Positions 8,615 to 18,229 are shown, counted from the stretch's first letter. The stretch: 64,000 bases of DNA from Candidatus Latescibacterota bacterium (GCA_965204725.1 OZ242005.1:1760001-1824000), one strand, 5' to 3'. Notes: a model not told the origin generated them from the sequence alone. Translations and numbers: made by a program.

Positions 8615-9415
8615 ATGACCCCCGAACAGCGCTATCTATTCGACATCAACGGCTATTTGCACCTTCCCAACGTGCTCAGCGACCGCGAACTAGCGGCCGG
8701 ACGAGCCGCCATAGATCGCTATATAGCCACGCCCGACGACGAGCTGCCCGAGGGGTTTTCCCGCTCCGACGACGGCAAGTCCTACGCCAACGGCTTTGCT
8801 TTTGACAAGGCGCTCGAATCCTTGCTCTTCCACCCCACCCTGTGGCCCATCGTCAAAGAGTTCACGCACGATCGGCCCGCGTTCTCCCGCGGCACCTTGT
8901 TGGTAGATAGTCACCGGCACGAGCCGCTGCGCCTACACTGTGCGCGCGAGGACTTTGGCTGGCCCAGCACGCGCTACGACACCCGCGAGGGCCGCATCTT
9001 CTGCGACGACTTCGTCATTTTCCCCTATTTTGACGATGTCTTCCCGGGCGACGGCGGCTTGCTGGTGGTCCCCGGCTCGCACAAGGCGGCGTTTGCGCGA
9101 CCGCCGAGCCTGTTCAACCGCGGAGTCACCGCCGAGCTAAAGGACTTGCCGGTTGGAGTCGTCAATGTGACGCCGCGAGCCGGAGATGCGGTGGTCATGA
9201 CGGAAATGCTGGCCCACGGGACCTTGCAATGGCAGCCCACAGATCGCCGGCGTCGCACCTTGGTATTGCGCTACCGGCCCCAATTCAAGGGCCAAGCCGT
9301 GGTGCCGGAAGCCCTCTACGACCGCTTGTCGCCGCAAACGCTAGAGCTGATGGCCCCGGCTCACTACACCCATGTCAAGGAGATCGTCAAGGAGGACGTG
9401 GTGCGGCTCACCTAA
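8615..9415 (+). CDS. Phytanoyl-CoA dioxygenase (PhyH) family protein
   Basis: YLFDINGYL, GGLLVVPGSHK, AGDAVVMTEMLAHGT. Confidence 0.85.
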   Translation: MTPEQRYLFDINGYLHLPNVLSDRELAAGRAAIDRYIATPDDELPEGFSRSDDGKSYANGFAFDKALESLLFHPTLWPIVKEFTHDRPAFSRGTLLVDSHRHEPLRLHCAREDFGWPSTRYDTREGRIFCDDFVIFPYFDDVFPGDGGLLVVPGSHKAAFARPPSLFNRGVTAELKDLPVGVVNVTPRAGDAVVMTEMLAHGTLQWQPTDRRRRTLVLRYRPQFKGQAVVPEALYDRLSPQTLELMAPAHYTHVKEIVKEDVVRLT

Positions 9416-9433
9416 ACCAAGTCAAACTCAAGC

Positions 9434-9471
9434 AAAACAGGCACCTGCGATGGCTCACAAGTGCCTGTTTT
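9434..9471. terminator. Intrinsic terminator between the PhyH gene and tRNA-Lys
   Basis: aaaacaggcac...gtgcctgtttt inverted repeat. Confidence 0.7.
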
Positions 9472-9547
9472 TGGTGAGCCCACTGGGAATCGAACCCAGG
9501 ACCTACGGATTAAAAGTCCGGTGCTCTACCAGCTGAGCTATAGGCTC
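9472..9547 (-). tRNA. tRNA-Lys(UUU)
   Basis: Reverse complement gagcctatagctcagctggtagagc..cttttaa..ggttcgattccc..acca, 76 nt with CCA. Confidence 0.96.
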
Positions 9548-9690
9548 TATCGGGATTGTATCTACTTCAAAATAGGCGGTTTGCACCCCTATCGCAAGGT
9601 TCCCTCCCCCCGTGCGGGGCCTAGTAGGCCAAAGCGATGATCTGGATCGTTTCCTGCGTCTGCGCGTACCCACGGAGGATTTCTTTACAG

Positions 9691-10073
9691 ACAAAAAAGC
9701 CCCGGCCTGCCGGTGGAGACAAGCCGGGGCGACGCGGGGCTGTAATTGTAATCGGTATTTATCGGTGTTTAAGGTATGGCGTATTTGAAAACAATTTGAA
9801 TCAAGACCAGCACGACAGGCACTCCGATGCTCATCGCCTTGATTGCCATCCGCATTTCGCCCCTGAGTTCGGCTATGTCCTCCTTGAGTGCGCCAACGTC
9901 CTCTTTTGTCGCCAAACCCTTGAGTTCCCCCTTGAGTTCGGCCACATTCTCCTTGGTCGCCAGATACTTATGAGTGCCTTCTAAGTTGGCGACCCTTTCC
10001 GCTACTTCTGCCATTGCGTTGCTCCTGTCTAGTGGGTATGTGCAATATAGCTCTATTTAACGCCGTGTCCAGC
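9691..10073 (-). repeat. Cassette copy 1 (promoter-RBS-ORF-terminator), direct repeat of 10876-11226
   Basis: High identity across terminator hairpin, ORF and upstream TGGAC(A/G)..TATATT region. Confidence 0.9.
9769..10014 (-). CDS. DUF1640/Bdr-like coiled-coil membrane-anchored protein (81 aa)
   Basis: LATKENVAELKGELKGLATKEDV repeats and C-terminal TM. Confidence 0.75.
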   Translation of the reverse strand: MAEVAERVANLEGTHKYLATKENVAELKGELKGLATKEDVGALKEDIAELRGEMRMAIKAMSIGVPVVLVLIQIVFKYAIP

Positions 10074-10140
10074 GGTCTAGTATAATCCCTTTTCAGCACA
10101 GGTTCGGGATGACAAGTAGCTACCTCAATGGACGCTTACC

Positions 10141-10509
10141 TTATGGTTTTGGTGTGATCGTGATGTCAAAATCAGGGAGAAATATGCGCGCCAAAAAGAC
10201 AATAACCACAAAAATTCCAATGGTCATCCAAAAGCGATTTTCAAGTCTCCGCACTCTTTTCTCCAAGTTCTGCAATCCGTTTTCAATCCGCGGGATTGAT
10301 TCGACCTTTTCTTCCACGCGAGTGACTCGTTCCTTTAGATCTCTGAAGTCTTTTCCAAGCTCGTCGAGTCTGTCGTGAATCCGGTTAATACCCTGCATGA
10401 TCCACTGACTTGCATCGCTAAAAGAATGGGATGGCGATTCTGGACGTGTCGGAGGGCTGAGTTCCCGATTTTCACCGTTCTCTGCGTTGTTCTTTTGATC
10501 AGGTGTCAT
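10141..10509 (-). CDS. Coiled-coil protein with C-terminal TM helix
   Basis: Heptad-rich LKERVTRVEEKVE..LEKRVRRLENR then hydrophobic helix; ATGA overlap with upstream gene. Confidence 0.7.
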   Translation of the reverse strand: MTPDQKNNAENGENRELSPPTRPESPSHSFSDASQWIMQGINRIHDRLDELGKDFRDLKERVTRVEEKVESIPRIENGLQNLEKRVRRLENRFWMTIGIFVVIVFLARIFLPDFDITITPKP

Positions 10510-10793
10510 ATCCGTGGCCCTCCTACAACCCAGTCGTGTTCGTGGATGTTGATCCACTCCCAGAGGTCTTTGGCTGCATAACCGTAGTAATTCGAGACCG
10601 GTATGACGATCCCAGTACCCGATTCGCCATTGCTAAGCCCGATAGCTTCGGCCAATTCGCGCGTCGTCCCGTTGTACGACACAAAGTACGTAATGGGTGC
10701 TTCGTCAGTATAGACGGGAATCTCGAGTGTCTTTACTTTGTCGCGAAGTCCTTCTGCGTCACTCCGTTGAAAAGGTATGATCGCATAGATCAT
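10506..10793 (-). CDS. Hypothetical protein (95 aa)
   Basis: AGGAGAG RBS, CTGACA..TAAAAT promoter upstream, translationally coupled to next gene. Confidence 0.65.
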   Translation of the reverse strand: MIYAIIPFQRSDAEGLRDKVKTLEIPVYTDEAPITYFVSYNGTTRELAEAIGLSNGESGTGIVIPVSNYYGYAAKDLWEWINIHEHDWVVGGPRI

Positions 10794-10875
10794 TGGCGTG
10801 GCTCTCCTTTCATATCAAAATGTCTGCGACATACTTGCATTTTACAAAATACCGGCCTGTTTGTCAGTTGGCCAA

Positions 10876-11226
10876 ACAAAAAAGCCCCAGCTTGCGGTAG
10901 GAGACAAGCCGGGGCAACGCGGGGTTGTAATTGTAATCAGTATTTAAGGGATGGCGTATTTGAAAACAATTTGAATCAAGACCAGCACGACGGGTACTCC
11001 GATGCTCATCGCCTTGATCGCCATCCGCACTTCGCCCTTGAGTTCGGCTACCTCCTCCTTGGTCGCCAAACCCTTGAATTCCCCCTTGAGTTCGGCTATA
11101 TCCTCCTTGGTCGCCAGATACTTATGAGTGCCTTCTAAGTTGGCGACCTTTTCCGTTACTTCTGCCATTGCGCTGCTCCTATCTATGGGTACGTGCAATA
11201 TAGCTTTATTCAACGCCGCGTCCAGC
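10876..11226 (-). repeat. Cassette copy 2, direct repeat of 9691-10073
   Basis: Same terminator, ORF and promoter, with a 21-bp shorter ORF. Confidence 0.9.
10944..11168 (-). CDS. DUF1640/Bdr-like coiled-coil membrane-anchored protein (74 aa), paralogue of 9769-10014
   Basis: LATKEDIAELKGEFKGLATKEEVAELKGE; identical TM tail. Confidence 0.75.
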   Translation of the reverse strand: MAEVTEKVANLEGTHKYLATKEDIAELKGEFKGLATKEEVAELKGEVRMAIKAMSIGVPVVLVLIQIVFKYAIP

Positions 11227-11513
11227 TAGGTCGTTCCCGCAGAAATCCAAGAGTCTTTTGACCGTGGAGACCACAAAGTTCGCATCCGCTGCCGCCTGCC
11301 GTGCATCTTCTCTGCCGGTCGCTTGGAGGCTGCCCTTCATAGCACCAACACCTCGTCTGGTTTCAGATCGGGTTTTAAGTCCCAGTACCAGCCGCTATCG
11401 CGCCGGATTTTTCGCGCCCCAATTGCCGCAGCCTGTCCTGCGACGAAGCAATCAAGTAACGGCTTATAGGTTGGGTAGCCGAATTGGGCCGCCTCGACAT
11501 CTACGACTTTCAC
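11206..11513 (-). pseudogene. Two short coupled ORFs (11337-11513, 11206-11340), probable remnants of a nucleotidyltransferase/HEPN pair
   Basis: AGGAGG+GTG start; GARKIRRDSGWYWDLKPDLKPDEVLVL; ATGA overlap; REDARQAAADANFVVSTVKRL. Confidence 0.45.
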
Positions 11514-11555
11514 GGGGCTGCCTCCTGAAGTTAGCTTGTTGCGTCTATTTGCTTC

Positions 11556-12584
11556 TTACAGAGTGATTTGGCAGCCGCGTTCAGCCGCCTCGTATGCCGC
11601 CTCGACAAAGCGCATGGCCTGCCAAGCATCGTCGCCATTGGTGATAAAAGTGCCTCGTCCGCGGCTAGCGGCGACAAAGTCGGCGATAAAACCCTGTCCA
11701 GCCGCCCCGCCATACCCAGGAGCCTCGCCAACCGAGCGGTCGAATTGGCGGTACTCGTCCTCGGTCCAGCCCTCAACTTGGCTCTGGACGATGAGCCGGT
11801 CGCCGCGCCCGTCCCAATCCTGCATCACCCAAGTCGCATCCCCGGCCGTTCCTCGGAAGCACAAGTAGATGTCGCCGTAGCGGCGCGGCAGGACATAGCC
11901 CGCGTGGAGATTGCCCAGAGTGCCGTTGTCCATGCGGAACGAGGCAGCGAGCACGTCTTCGACGCTGATGCCGGTGCCGCTCAGGGTCGCCTTGTGAGCA
12001 CTGACGCTCTGGTACTCTAGGCCGCTGATATAGCGAATCAAGTCAACCGTGTGGATCGCCAGCCAGTGCAGGATGCCGCCACCGGCCCGAGCGCGGTCAA
12101 AGAGCCAGTGGTCCGGGCCGCGCTGCTGCACGGTGCTGGTGATCATCCGCCCCTCAATGGAGACGATGCGGCCCAAGACGCCAGCCGCGATGAGTTGGCG
12201 CGTCTCGGCGGCCAGCGGATGGCAGCGGTTCAAAAAGGCCGTCGCCCACAAGACCTGCTGCGCGTCCGCTAGTTCGTTGAGGCGGGCGATGTCAGCGGCC
12301 GTGCGCGCGACCGGCTTTTCGGCAATGGTCGGTACGCCGGCCTGCAAAAGCTGGGCGATGCGAGCGGGGGCTTGGTCGTTGCGCGTACATACGATGGCCA
12401 GTCCCGGCTTTTCGTCCTTTAGCAGCGCGTCCAAGCTGCCATACACCGGCTCGTCGCCCGGACATGCTTCGGTCGCACAGACGACCAACCGGCCCACGGC
12501 CTCGCAGTGCTGGAGCGAGGTCAGCCACCCGCGGCTGTGGGGATTGTCTAGCCCAACGAGGGCGGCGCACACTTTATCCGTCAT
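11556..12584 (-). CDS. Gfo/Idh/MocA oxidoreductase
   Basis: AEKPVA, GGGILHWLAIHTVD. Confidence 0.9.
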   Translation of the reverse strand: MTDKVCAALVGLDNPHSRGWLTSLQHCEAVGRLVVCATEACPGDEPVYGSLDALLKDEKPGLAIVCTRNDQAPARIAQLLQAGVPTIAEKPVARTAADIARLNELADAQQVLWATAFLNRCHPLAAETRQLIAAGVLGRIVSIEGRMITSTVQQRGPDHWLFDRARAGGGILHWLAIHTVDLIRYISGLEYQSVSAHKATLSGTGISVEDVLAASFRMDNGTLGNLHAGYVLPRRYGDIYLCFRGTAGDATWVMQDWDGRGDRLIVQSQVEGWTEDEYRQFDRSVGEAPGYGGAAGQGFIADFVAASRGRGTFITNGDDAWQAMRFVEAAYEAAERGCQITL

Positions 12585-13560
12585 GGTAATCCACCACCTT
12601 TCCCGCCCGCGCCGAGCGGTAGATGTTCTCCAACAGCGCGACGGTGCGGCGGCCCTCGCGCCCATCGACCCGCAGGGCGGTTCCGGTTTCTAGGGCCGAT
12701 ACCATGTCCTCAACGACGTTGGTCAGCGGATTGGGCATGGCCAATAGCTTCTCTTCCAGCCCGTCGCCAAAGACGCGCATCTCGCCCGACAGCACCGCGT
12801 CTAGCAACACCCCCCCTTCGCTGCCGTGGACCTCGGCACTAAAGTAAGGGCTGGCCGGAAAGGTCGTCGTGCCCAAGATGCCTCCTTTGGCGCCGTTCTC
12901 GAAATTCAAGATGGCTTGGCCAATATCCTCGGTCTCAATGTCGTGGTTCATGATCGCGGTTTCGCCATAAACGGTCTTGGGTACGCCCATGAACCACAGC
13001 AGGAGATCGATCAGGTGCGAGCCTTGGTTGGCCAGCGAGCCGCCGCCATCCATGGCCCAAGTGCCGCGCCAGCCGCCGCTGTGTTCAAAGTATTCCTGTG
13101 AGCGAAACCACTTAAAGCGCACCTCCCCGAGAATGGGCTTGCCCAACAGGCCCTGCTTGAGGGCCTCGGCCACGCGGTAGTTGTTGGCGACGTAGCGGCT
13201 TTGGTAATCCACGCCGAGCAAGAGGCCGCCGGCGTCGGCCGCGGCGATCAACTCGTCGCAGGCTTTCGTGCTGACGTCCATGGGCTTAGTGGTGATCACG
13301 TGCTTGCCGGCTCTAAGGGCTTCGACGCCTAGTTGGGCATGTAGCCCGCTAGGCGTCATCACCAGCACGACATCGACATCGCCTCGCCCCAGCGCGTCTT
13401 CCAAGCGGGCGCACCACGAGCAACCCATTTCCGCGCCGACTTGGCGGGCCAACTCCTCGTTGAGATCGACGACCACGCGCAACTCGGCCCCTTTGGTCTC
13501 GGCCACTTGCCGGGCGCGGTTGCGCCCCATGCCCAGCCCTACAACAGCAAATCCGATCAT
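12574..13560 (-). CDS. Gfo/Idh/MocA oxidoreductase
   Basis: VVGLGMG, GKHVITTKPM, WRGTWAMDGGGSLANQGSHLID. Confidence 0.92.
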   Translation of the reverse strand: MIGFAVVGLGMGRNRARQVAETKGAELRVVVDLNEELARQVGAEMGCSWCARLEDALGRGDVDVVLVMTPSGLHAQLGVEALRAGKHVITTKPMDVSTKACDELIAAADAGGLLLGVDYQSRYVANNYRVAEALKQGLLGKPILGEVRFKWFRSQEYFEHSGGWRGTWAMDGGGSLANQGSHLIDLLLWFMGVPKTVYGETAIMNHDIETEDIGQAILNFENGAKGGILGTTTFPASPYFSAEVHGSEGGVLLDAVLSGEMRVFGDGLEEKLLAMPNPLTNVVEDMVSALETGTALRVDGREGRRTVALLENIYRSARAGKVVDYHDG

Positions 13561-13573
13561 GAAAAACCTCCTT

Positions 13574-14212
13574 TTATGTATTTAATTCATCAAAGCGTCT
13601 ATCTGCCAGCCGCTCAAGGCGTTTCGCCTGATTTAGAAGAGTTCGGCGCAATCCCGCCGAGACGTTTCTTTCGCTTATAAGCCGGGCCAAGTTGGCGATC
13701 GTACTGGCCCTTCTTGCTATTCTGATGTCTGGATGTTGCTCCCTAGCGTAGATGTGCGCTGGTATTATCCTAGCCCGGTGCGATTTGGGTAACTCAATCG
13801 GTTCCGTCGGCTTTATATCTTCCTCATTGAGAATAGCACCAATAGCAGATTCTTGCAGGAGCTTCTGGAATACGGTGTATTCCGCTTTTTCCATTTTCTC
13901 TTTAGCCGTCTTTGGCGAAATATCAAAGAAGGGCCAGACTTCCACTTCTGCTACTTCTACCGGGTCGAGGACGAACTTACCCACCGCATCACTCCTTTTT
14001 CCCGTAAGATGGCGACCAATCCGCCCCCGGACCTTCTCAATGGTCTGCCCCACATAAATAGGCTCCCCCTCATAGTCGTAGAATGCGTAGATACCGCAAA
14101 GGGCATTGCCAATTTTGCGTCCTTGTTCGTCTTCAGTGTCGTAAAATTTCTTTATCTCTTTTTGAATGTCCCTGACATCTTGTGGAGACGATTGCTTGCT
14201 TCTTTGAGCCAT
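13574..14212 (-). CDS. GIY-YIG nuclease, putative restriction endonuclease
   Basis: CGIYAFYDYEGEPIYVGQT..RGRIGRH; coupled to methylase. Confidence 0.8.
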   Translation of the reverse strand: MAQRSKQSSPQDVRDIQKEIKKFYDTEDEQGRKIGNALCGIYAFYDYEGEPIYVGQTIEKVRGRIGRHLTGKRSDAVGKFVLDPVEVAEVEVWPFFDISPKTAKEKMEKAEYTVFQKLLQESAIGAILNEEDIKPTEPIELPKSHRARIIPAHIYAREQHPDIRIARRASTIANLARLISERNVSAGLRRTLLNQAKRLERLADRRFDELNT

Positions 14213-15333
14213 TATACTTCTACCTCACTCAACTCATCAACAACCGGATTGAGATAATATCGGGCTATCCACTCAATGGCCGATACGCACACGGCGTCGC
14301 CAAAACCAAATAGCGCTCTGTTCAATGGTAGGTCTGGACGGAGCGTAAATTCATCGGCCCCCATTAGGCGGGCGCATTCTCGCGGCGTAAGCAGACGGAC
14401 GGCATACTCCCCGTTACCTCCGCGAAAGAGAATCTGTCGGCCGCTGCCACCACGCGGCGTTCTCAAACATCCGGCGATACCATCGGTGCGTAGCTCGGCC
14501 ATGGACCGCTTGTTCCTCACCCGGCGAAAGACCGTGCCATAGGAATAGTTTCTGCCAGCGATCATTTTTTCGGCTATTGCCCGGTGCCGTTGGCTCATCT
14601 GGTTCAGCAGGTACTCGGCTCGTTCCTTGCTCCACCATTCCTCGACGTCATCCGGCAAGTCTTCGAGCACATCTTCGAGCATCTGGTCGTTGCCGGTAAT
14701 TTCTGGCAGCTTCCTAATATGCCATGCCAGTTCAGGGTGTGTAGCCATAAAATGAGCGAGGGCCTTAGGTCGAATTTGGCTTTCTATGAGTGCCTGTTCA
14801 AGCAGTACAGGGCCTTTTTGTTCTCCCTGAACGCCCACCACAAAGATCCTTTGCCGGCTTTGCGGAACAAACCACGCTGCATTAAGAATAAAGGCATCCA
14901 CCTGATAGCCTAGATCGTTCAGGGCATGTAATGCACAGCGCAGGTCCTCGCCTTGGTGGGAGGTCAAAAAGCCGAGAACGTTTTCCAAAAGCACTATCGC
15001 GGGCCGACGCTCGTCCATTTTTTCCAAGACCTTCACAAAACCCCAAAAGGCAGAAGACGCTTTGCCGTTCAGCCCACGTCTGGCCCCGGCAAGCGAGAGG
15101 TCATTGCAGGGAAAAGAGGCCGTAGCAAGAGTAACCGCCGGCAGCCAAGCCCCTTCTACATTGTGAATATCGCTGACCGTAAAGTGCTCGTCGGCATCCG
15201 CGAAGTGAGCCTTGTACATCGCAAACTTTTCCTCGTCGATATCATTGGCCCAAGCTATATCCCATCCTGCGCGTTCAAGGCCCATTCTCACCAGACCGAT
15301 ACCGGCAAAGAACTCGGCAAACGTTTTTTTCAT
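14212..15333 (-). CDS. dcm: DNA (cytosine-5) methyltransferase
   Basis: FFAGIG (I), SFPCNDLS (IV), LLENV (VI), PQSRQRIF (VIII), RLLTPRECARLMG (IX). Confidence 0.95.
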   Translation of the reverse strand: MKKTFAEFFAGIGLVRMGLERAGWDIAWANDIDEEKFAMYKAHFADADEHFTVSDIHNVEGAWLPAVTLATASFPCNDLSLAGARRGLNGKASSAFWGFVKVLEKMDERRPAIVLLENVLGFLTSHQGEDLRCALHALNDLGYQVDAFILNAAWFVPQSRQRIFVVGVQGEQKGPVLLEQALIESQIRPKALAHFMATHPELAWHIRKLPEITGNDQMLEDVLEDLPDDVEEWWSKERAEYLLNQMSQRHRAIAEKMIAGRNYSYGTVFRRVRNKRSMAELRTDGIAGCLRTPRGGSGRQILFRGGNGEYAVRLLTPRECARLMGADEFTLRPDLPLNRALFGFGDAVCVSAIEWIARYYLNPVVDELSEVEV

Positions 15334-15524
15334 TGCGATCTCGCTAGCTCCTCTCTAATGCGGAATCTTATATTCCTTTTTTTATTCTAAAGGTAAGGGT
15401 CATACTATATATATATTTCTCTTTAGGAGGCAATGCTTTGGCAGCCTAGCGCGAAATTCAACGGAACTCGCGTGGCACTAGTCGTTGACTTACTTTCAGA
15501 GAAACGTCAGATAAGGAAGGAAAA

Positions 15525-16505
15525 ATGCACAACATGAACTGCAAAGCCATGGCAATCGCGGCGGCCGGAGTCGCTCTGCTGGCCGCATCGGCGGTATCCG
15601 CGCTCGACAAACTCACGGTGGCATACTTCCTCGAATGGCCTACCCCGAACTTGGTCGCGCAGGTCGAAAAGACCTACGACGAGGCCCTCGGCGTCCCAGT
15701 GGAGTGGCGCGCGTTTGGCAACGGCAACGAGATGAGCTTGGCAATGGCATCGGGCGAGGTACACATCGCCTACGCGCAGGGCGTGATTCCGTGGCTGGTC
15801 GCGGTGTCCAACGGCCTGCCGCTCCAGCTCGTCGGCATTGCGGACAGCTATGCCGAGGGCGACAACTGCGTGGTGCGCAACGGCGCCGGCATCACCCAAG
15901 CCAATGCGGCTGAGCTGGAGGGCAAGCGCATAGCGACGCCGATCGGCAACGTCACCCACTACAAGCTGCTGCGCGTCCTCGACCACCTCGGCGTCGATGT
16001 CGCCAAGGTCAACCTCGTGCAGATGAACGGCGCGGACGCGGCCGTGGCGCTGGCGCGCGGGGACGTCACCATGGCGTGCGCCTTTGGCGGGCCGCTACGG
16101 CGGATGAAGGAGTTCGGCGTGGAGCTCATGACCGCCGCCGAGCAGGAAGCGATTGGCATTCGCGTCTTCGACGTCATCTCGGTGATCAAGCAATTCGCCG
16201 ACGACCACCCCGAGCTCCTGCGGAAATTCATGCAGGTGACCGAGCAGGCCAACGCGGCGTACGCGGCCGACCCGAGCCAACTCGAAGCGACGATCGCGGA
16301 AGCGGCCGGCATGGAACTAGACGTGGCGCGGTGGTTTCTCGACGCCTTCTCCTTTCCCTCGGCCGCAGAACAGCAGTCGGCTGCTTGGCTCGGCGGCGGC
16401 GTCCAGACCTTTGCCAAAGCGGTGGCAGAATTTCTCGCCGCGCAGGGCCAGCTAGAGCGAGCACTCAAGAGCTACGAGTTCGCGATTAACCCCAGCTTCC
16501 TATGA
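15525..16505 (+). CDS. tauA: ABC transporter substrate-binding protein, taurine/sulfonate type
   Basis: Signal peptide, VAYFLEWPTPN, LEGKRIATPIGNVTHYKL. Confidence 0.75.
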   Translation: MHNMNCKAMAIAAAGVALLAASAVSALDKLTVAYFLEWPTPNLVAQVEKTYDEALGVPVEWRAFGNGNEMSLAMASGEVHIAYAQGVIPWLVAVSNGLPLQLVGIADSYAEGDNCVVRNGAGITQANAAELEGKRIATPIGNVTHYKLLRVLDHLGVDVAKVNLVQMNGADAAVALARGDVTMACAFGGPLRRMKEFGVELMTAAEQEAIGIRVFDVISVIKQFADDHPELLRKFMQVTEQANAAYAADPSQLEATIAEAAGMELDVARWFLDAFSFPSAAEQQSAAWLGGGVQTFAKAVAEFLAAQGQLERALKSYEFAINPSFL

Positions 16506-17311
16506 ACCGCTCAGACGGACTCGTCCTCGACGGGGTGTCGATGACCTTCGCCGCGCCGGACGGCAGCGAAGTGAAGGCACTCGCAGATGTTTCGCTGCAC
16601 CTGCAACCGGGCGAGTTGATGGCCGTGCTCGGCCCGTCCGGGTGCGGCAAGACCACGCTGCTCAACATCATCGCCGGATTCTTGGCACCCACTACGGGGC
16701 AGACCCTGCTCAACGGCCGGCCCGTTACGGGGCCGCACAAGGAACGCGGCATGGTATTCCAGCAGGGCGCGTTGTTTGAATGGATGACCGTCGCCCAGAA
16801 CGTCAGCTTCGGGCCGCGCATGAGCGGCACTGATCGGGCCGCAACCGAGGCGACGGTCGGGGACCTGCTCGGCACCATGGCCCTGCAGGAGTTCGCCGAC
16901 AAGCCGGTCTATCAGCTCTCCGGCGGCATGCAGCAGCGAGTGGCCCTAGCGCGGTGCTTAGCCAATGACCCGGATGTAATCCTCATGGACGAGCCGCTGG
17001 GGGCACTAGACGCCCTGACGCGCGAGAAGATGCAGGGGTTGGTGCTCAAGCTGTGGAAGGAGACCGGCAAGACCATCCTCCTCATTACCCACTCCGTGGA
17101 AGAGGCCCTGTTCCTCGGCGAGCGCGTGGTCGTCATGGCACCCCGGCCCGGCCGCATCCACGAGGAGTACCGCCTGCCGTTTGCCGATCAAGGCGTCACC
17201 GGCGATGCTCGCGCCATCAAGACCTTGCCCGATTTCGTCGCCGCCCGCGAAGAGATTCTTTCCATGATCTGGGAGATGGAGGAAGAGATCATGGGCAACG
17301 ATACAGCCTGA
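16502..17311 (+). CDS. tauB: ABC transporter ATPase, TauB/SsuB type
   Basis: GPSGCGKTT, LSGGMQQR, MDEPLGALDALTR. Confidence 0.85.
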   Translation: MNRSDGLVLDGVSMTFAAPDGSEVKALADVSLHLQPGELMAVLGPSGCGKTTLLNIIAGFLAPTTGQTLLNGRPVTGPHKERGMVFQQGALFEWMTVAQNVSFGPRMSGTDRAATEATVGDLLGTMALQEFADKPVYQLSGGMQQRVALARCLANDPDVILMDEPLGALDALTREKMQGLVLKLWKETGKTILLITHSVEEALFLGERVVVMAPRPGRIHEEYRLPFADQGVTGDARAIKTLPDFVAAREEILSMIWEMEEEIMGNDTA

Positions 17312-17320
17312 GAGACGATC

Positions 17321-18229
17321 ATGCCAAATCGCAAGCACCCTTCAAAGCTAGCTATATGGCTCGGCGTTGCAGACGATCCCCAGACCGAGCAGAAAACGGT
17401 CAAGTTCGGCGACGCCTCCGCGGTAAATTCCGGCCGGCTGTGGTCGATCATTACCGTGGTGGTGCTGCTCGCCGCTTGGGCCGTGGCGACGGCCGGCGCA
17501 CTCTTCGATCCCATCTTCTGGCCGCCGCTCGATGGCCGGCTCTATCCGTGGGACGATCCCGACCGCGCCCGGCCCGGCGTCGTCGATCGCTTTATCAGCC
17601 TAGTGATGGACGGCTACCGCAATGTCTCGCTCTGGGAGCACGTCTGGACGTCGGTCCGACGGGTGCTGTTGGGCGTATTGTTTGGCGGGTTGCTCGGCAT
17701 TCCCCTCGGTTTTGCCATGGGCTTGAACTCGGTGGCGCGCGGCCTGCTGGACCCCATCGTGGAGTTCATCCGCCCGATCCCGCCGCTCGCCCTGATTCCG
17801 CTGGTCATCCTCTGGCTGGGAATCGACGAAGCGGCCAAGACCTTCCTGCTGTTCCTCGCAGCACTCTTCATCACGCTGATCTCCGCCCGCGCTGGGGTCA
17901 GTTCGATCCGCATTGCAAAAGTGCATGCGGCCTATTCCCTCGGTGCCTCCAAGGCGCAGGTGCTCCGTCACGTCATCCTGCCGAACGCATTGCCGGAGAT
18001 CTTCACCGGCCTCCGCACCTCAATGGGGGTGTGCTGGGGAACGCTGGTGGCCGCCGAGCTGGTGGCCGCAGACCGGGGCGTAGGCTCAATGATGATGGTG
18101 GCCAAGAACTTTCTCCAGACCGAGGTGGTGGTCATCGGCGTCATCATCATCGGCACCATTGGATTCGCCATCGAGATGCTCATGCGCGCACTCGAAGCGT
18201 GGTTGATCCCCTATAAGGGAAAGGGCTGA
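17321..18229 (+). CDS. tauC: ABC transporter permease, TauC/SsuC type
   Basis: RPIPPLALIPL, AAYSLGAS EAA loop, LVAAEL. Confidence 0.85.
   Translation: MPNRKHPSKLAIWLGVADDPQTEQKTVKFGDASAVNSGRLWSIITVVVLLAAWAVATAGALFDPIFWPPLDGRLYPWDDPDRARPGVVDRFISLVMDGYRNVSLWEHVWTSVRRVLLGVLFGGLLGIPLGFAMGLNSVARGLLDPIVEFIRPIPPLALIPLVILWLGIDEAAKTFLLFLAALFITLISARAGVSSIRIAKVHAAYSLGASKAQVLRHVILPNALPEIFTGLRTSMGVCWGTLVAAELVAADRGVGSMMMVAKNFLQTEVVVIGVIIIGTIGFAIEMLMRALEAWLIPYKGKG

Noticed and set aside
9472-9547. tRNA-Lys as an island attachment site
   Set aside because: No duplicate of its 3' end and no integrase seen; the variable region lies on its 5' side.
10503-11138. Plus-strand ORFs 9637-9984 and 10503-11138 sharing a C-terminus
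   Set aside because: Antisense shadows of the duplicated cassette; RBS, promoter and terminator all point to the minus strand.
17053-18216. Long Arg-rich alternative-frame ORF (and similar ones throughout)
   Set aside because: Typical high-GC off-frame ORFs overlapping well-supported genes.
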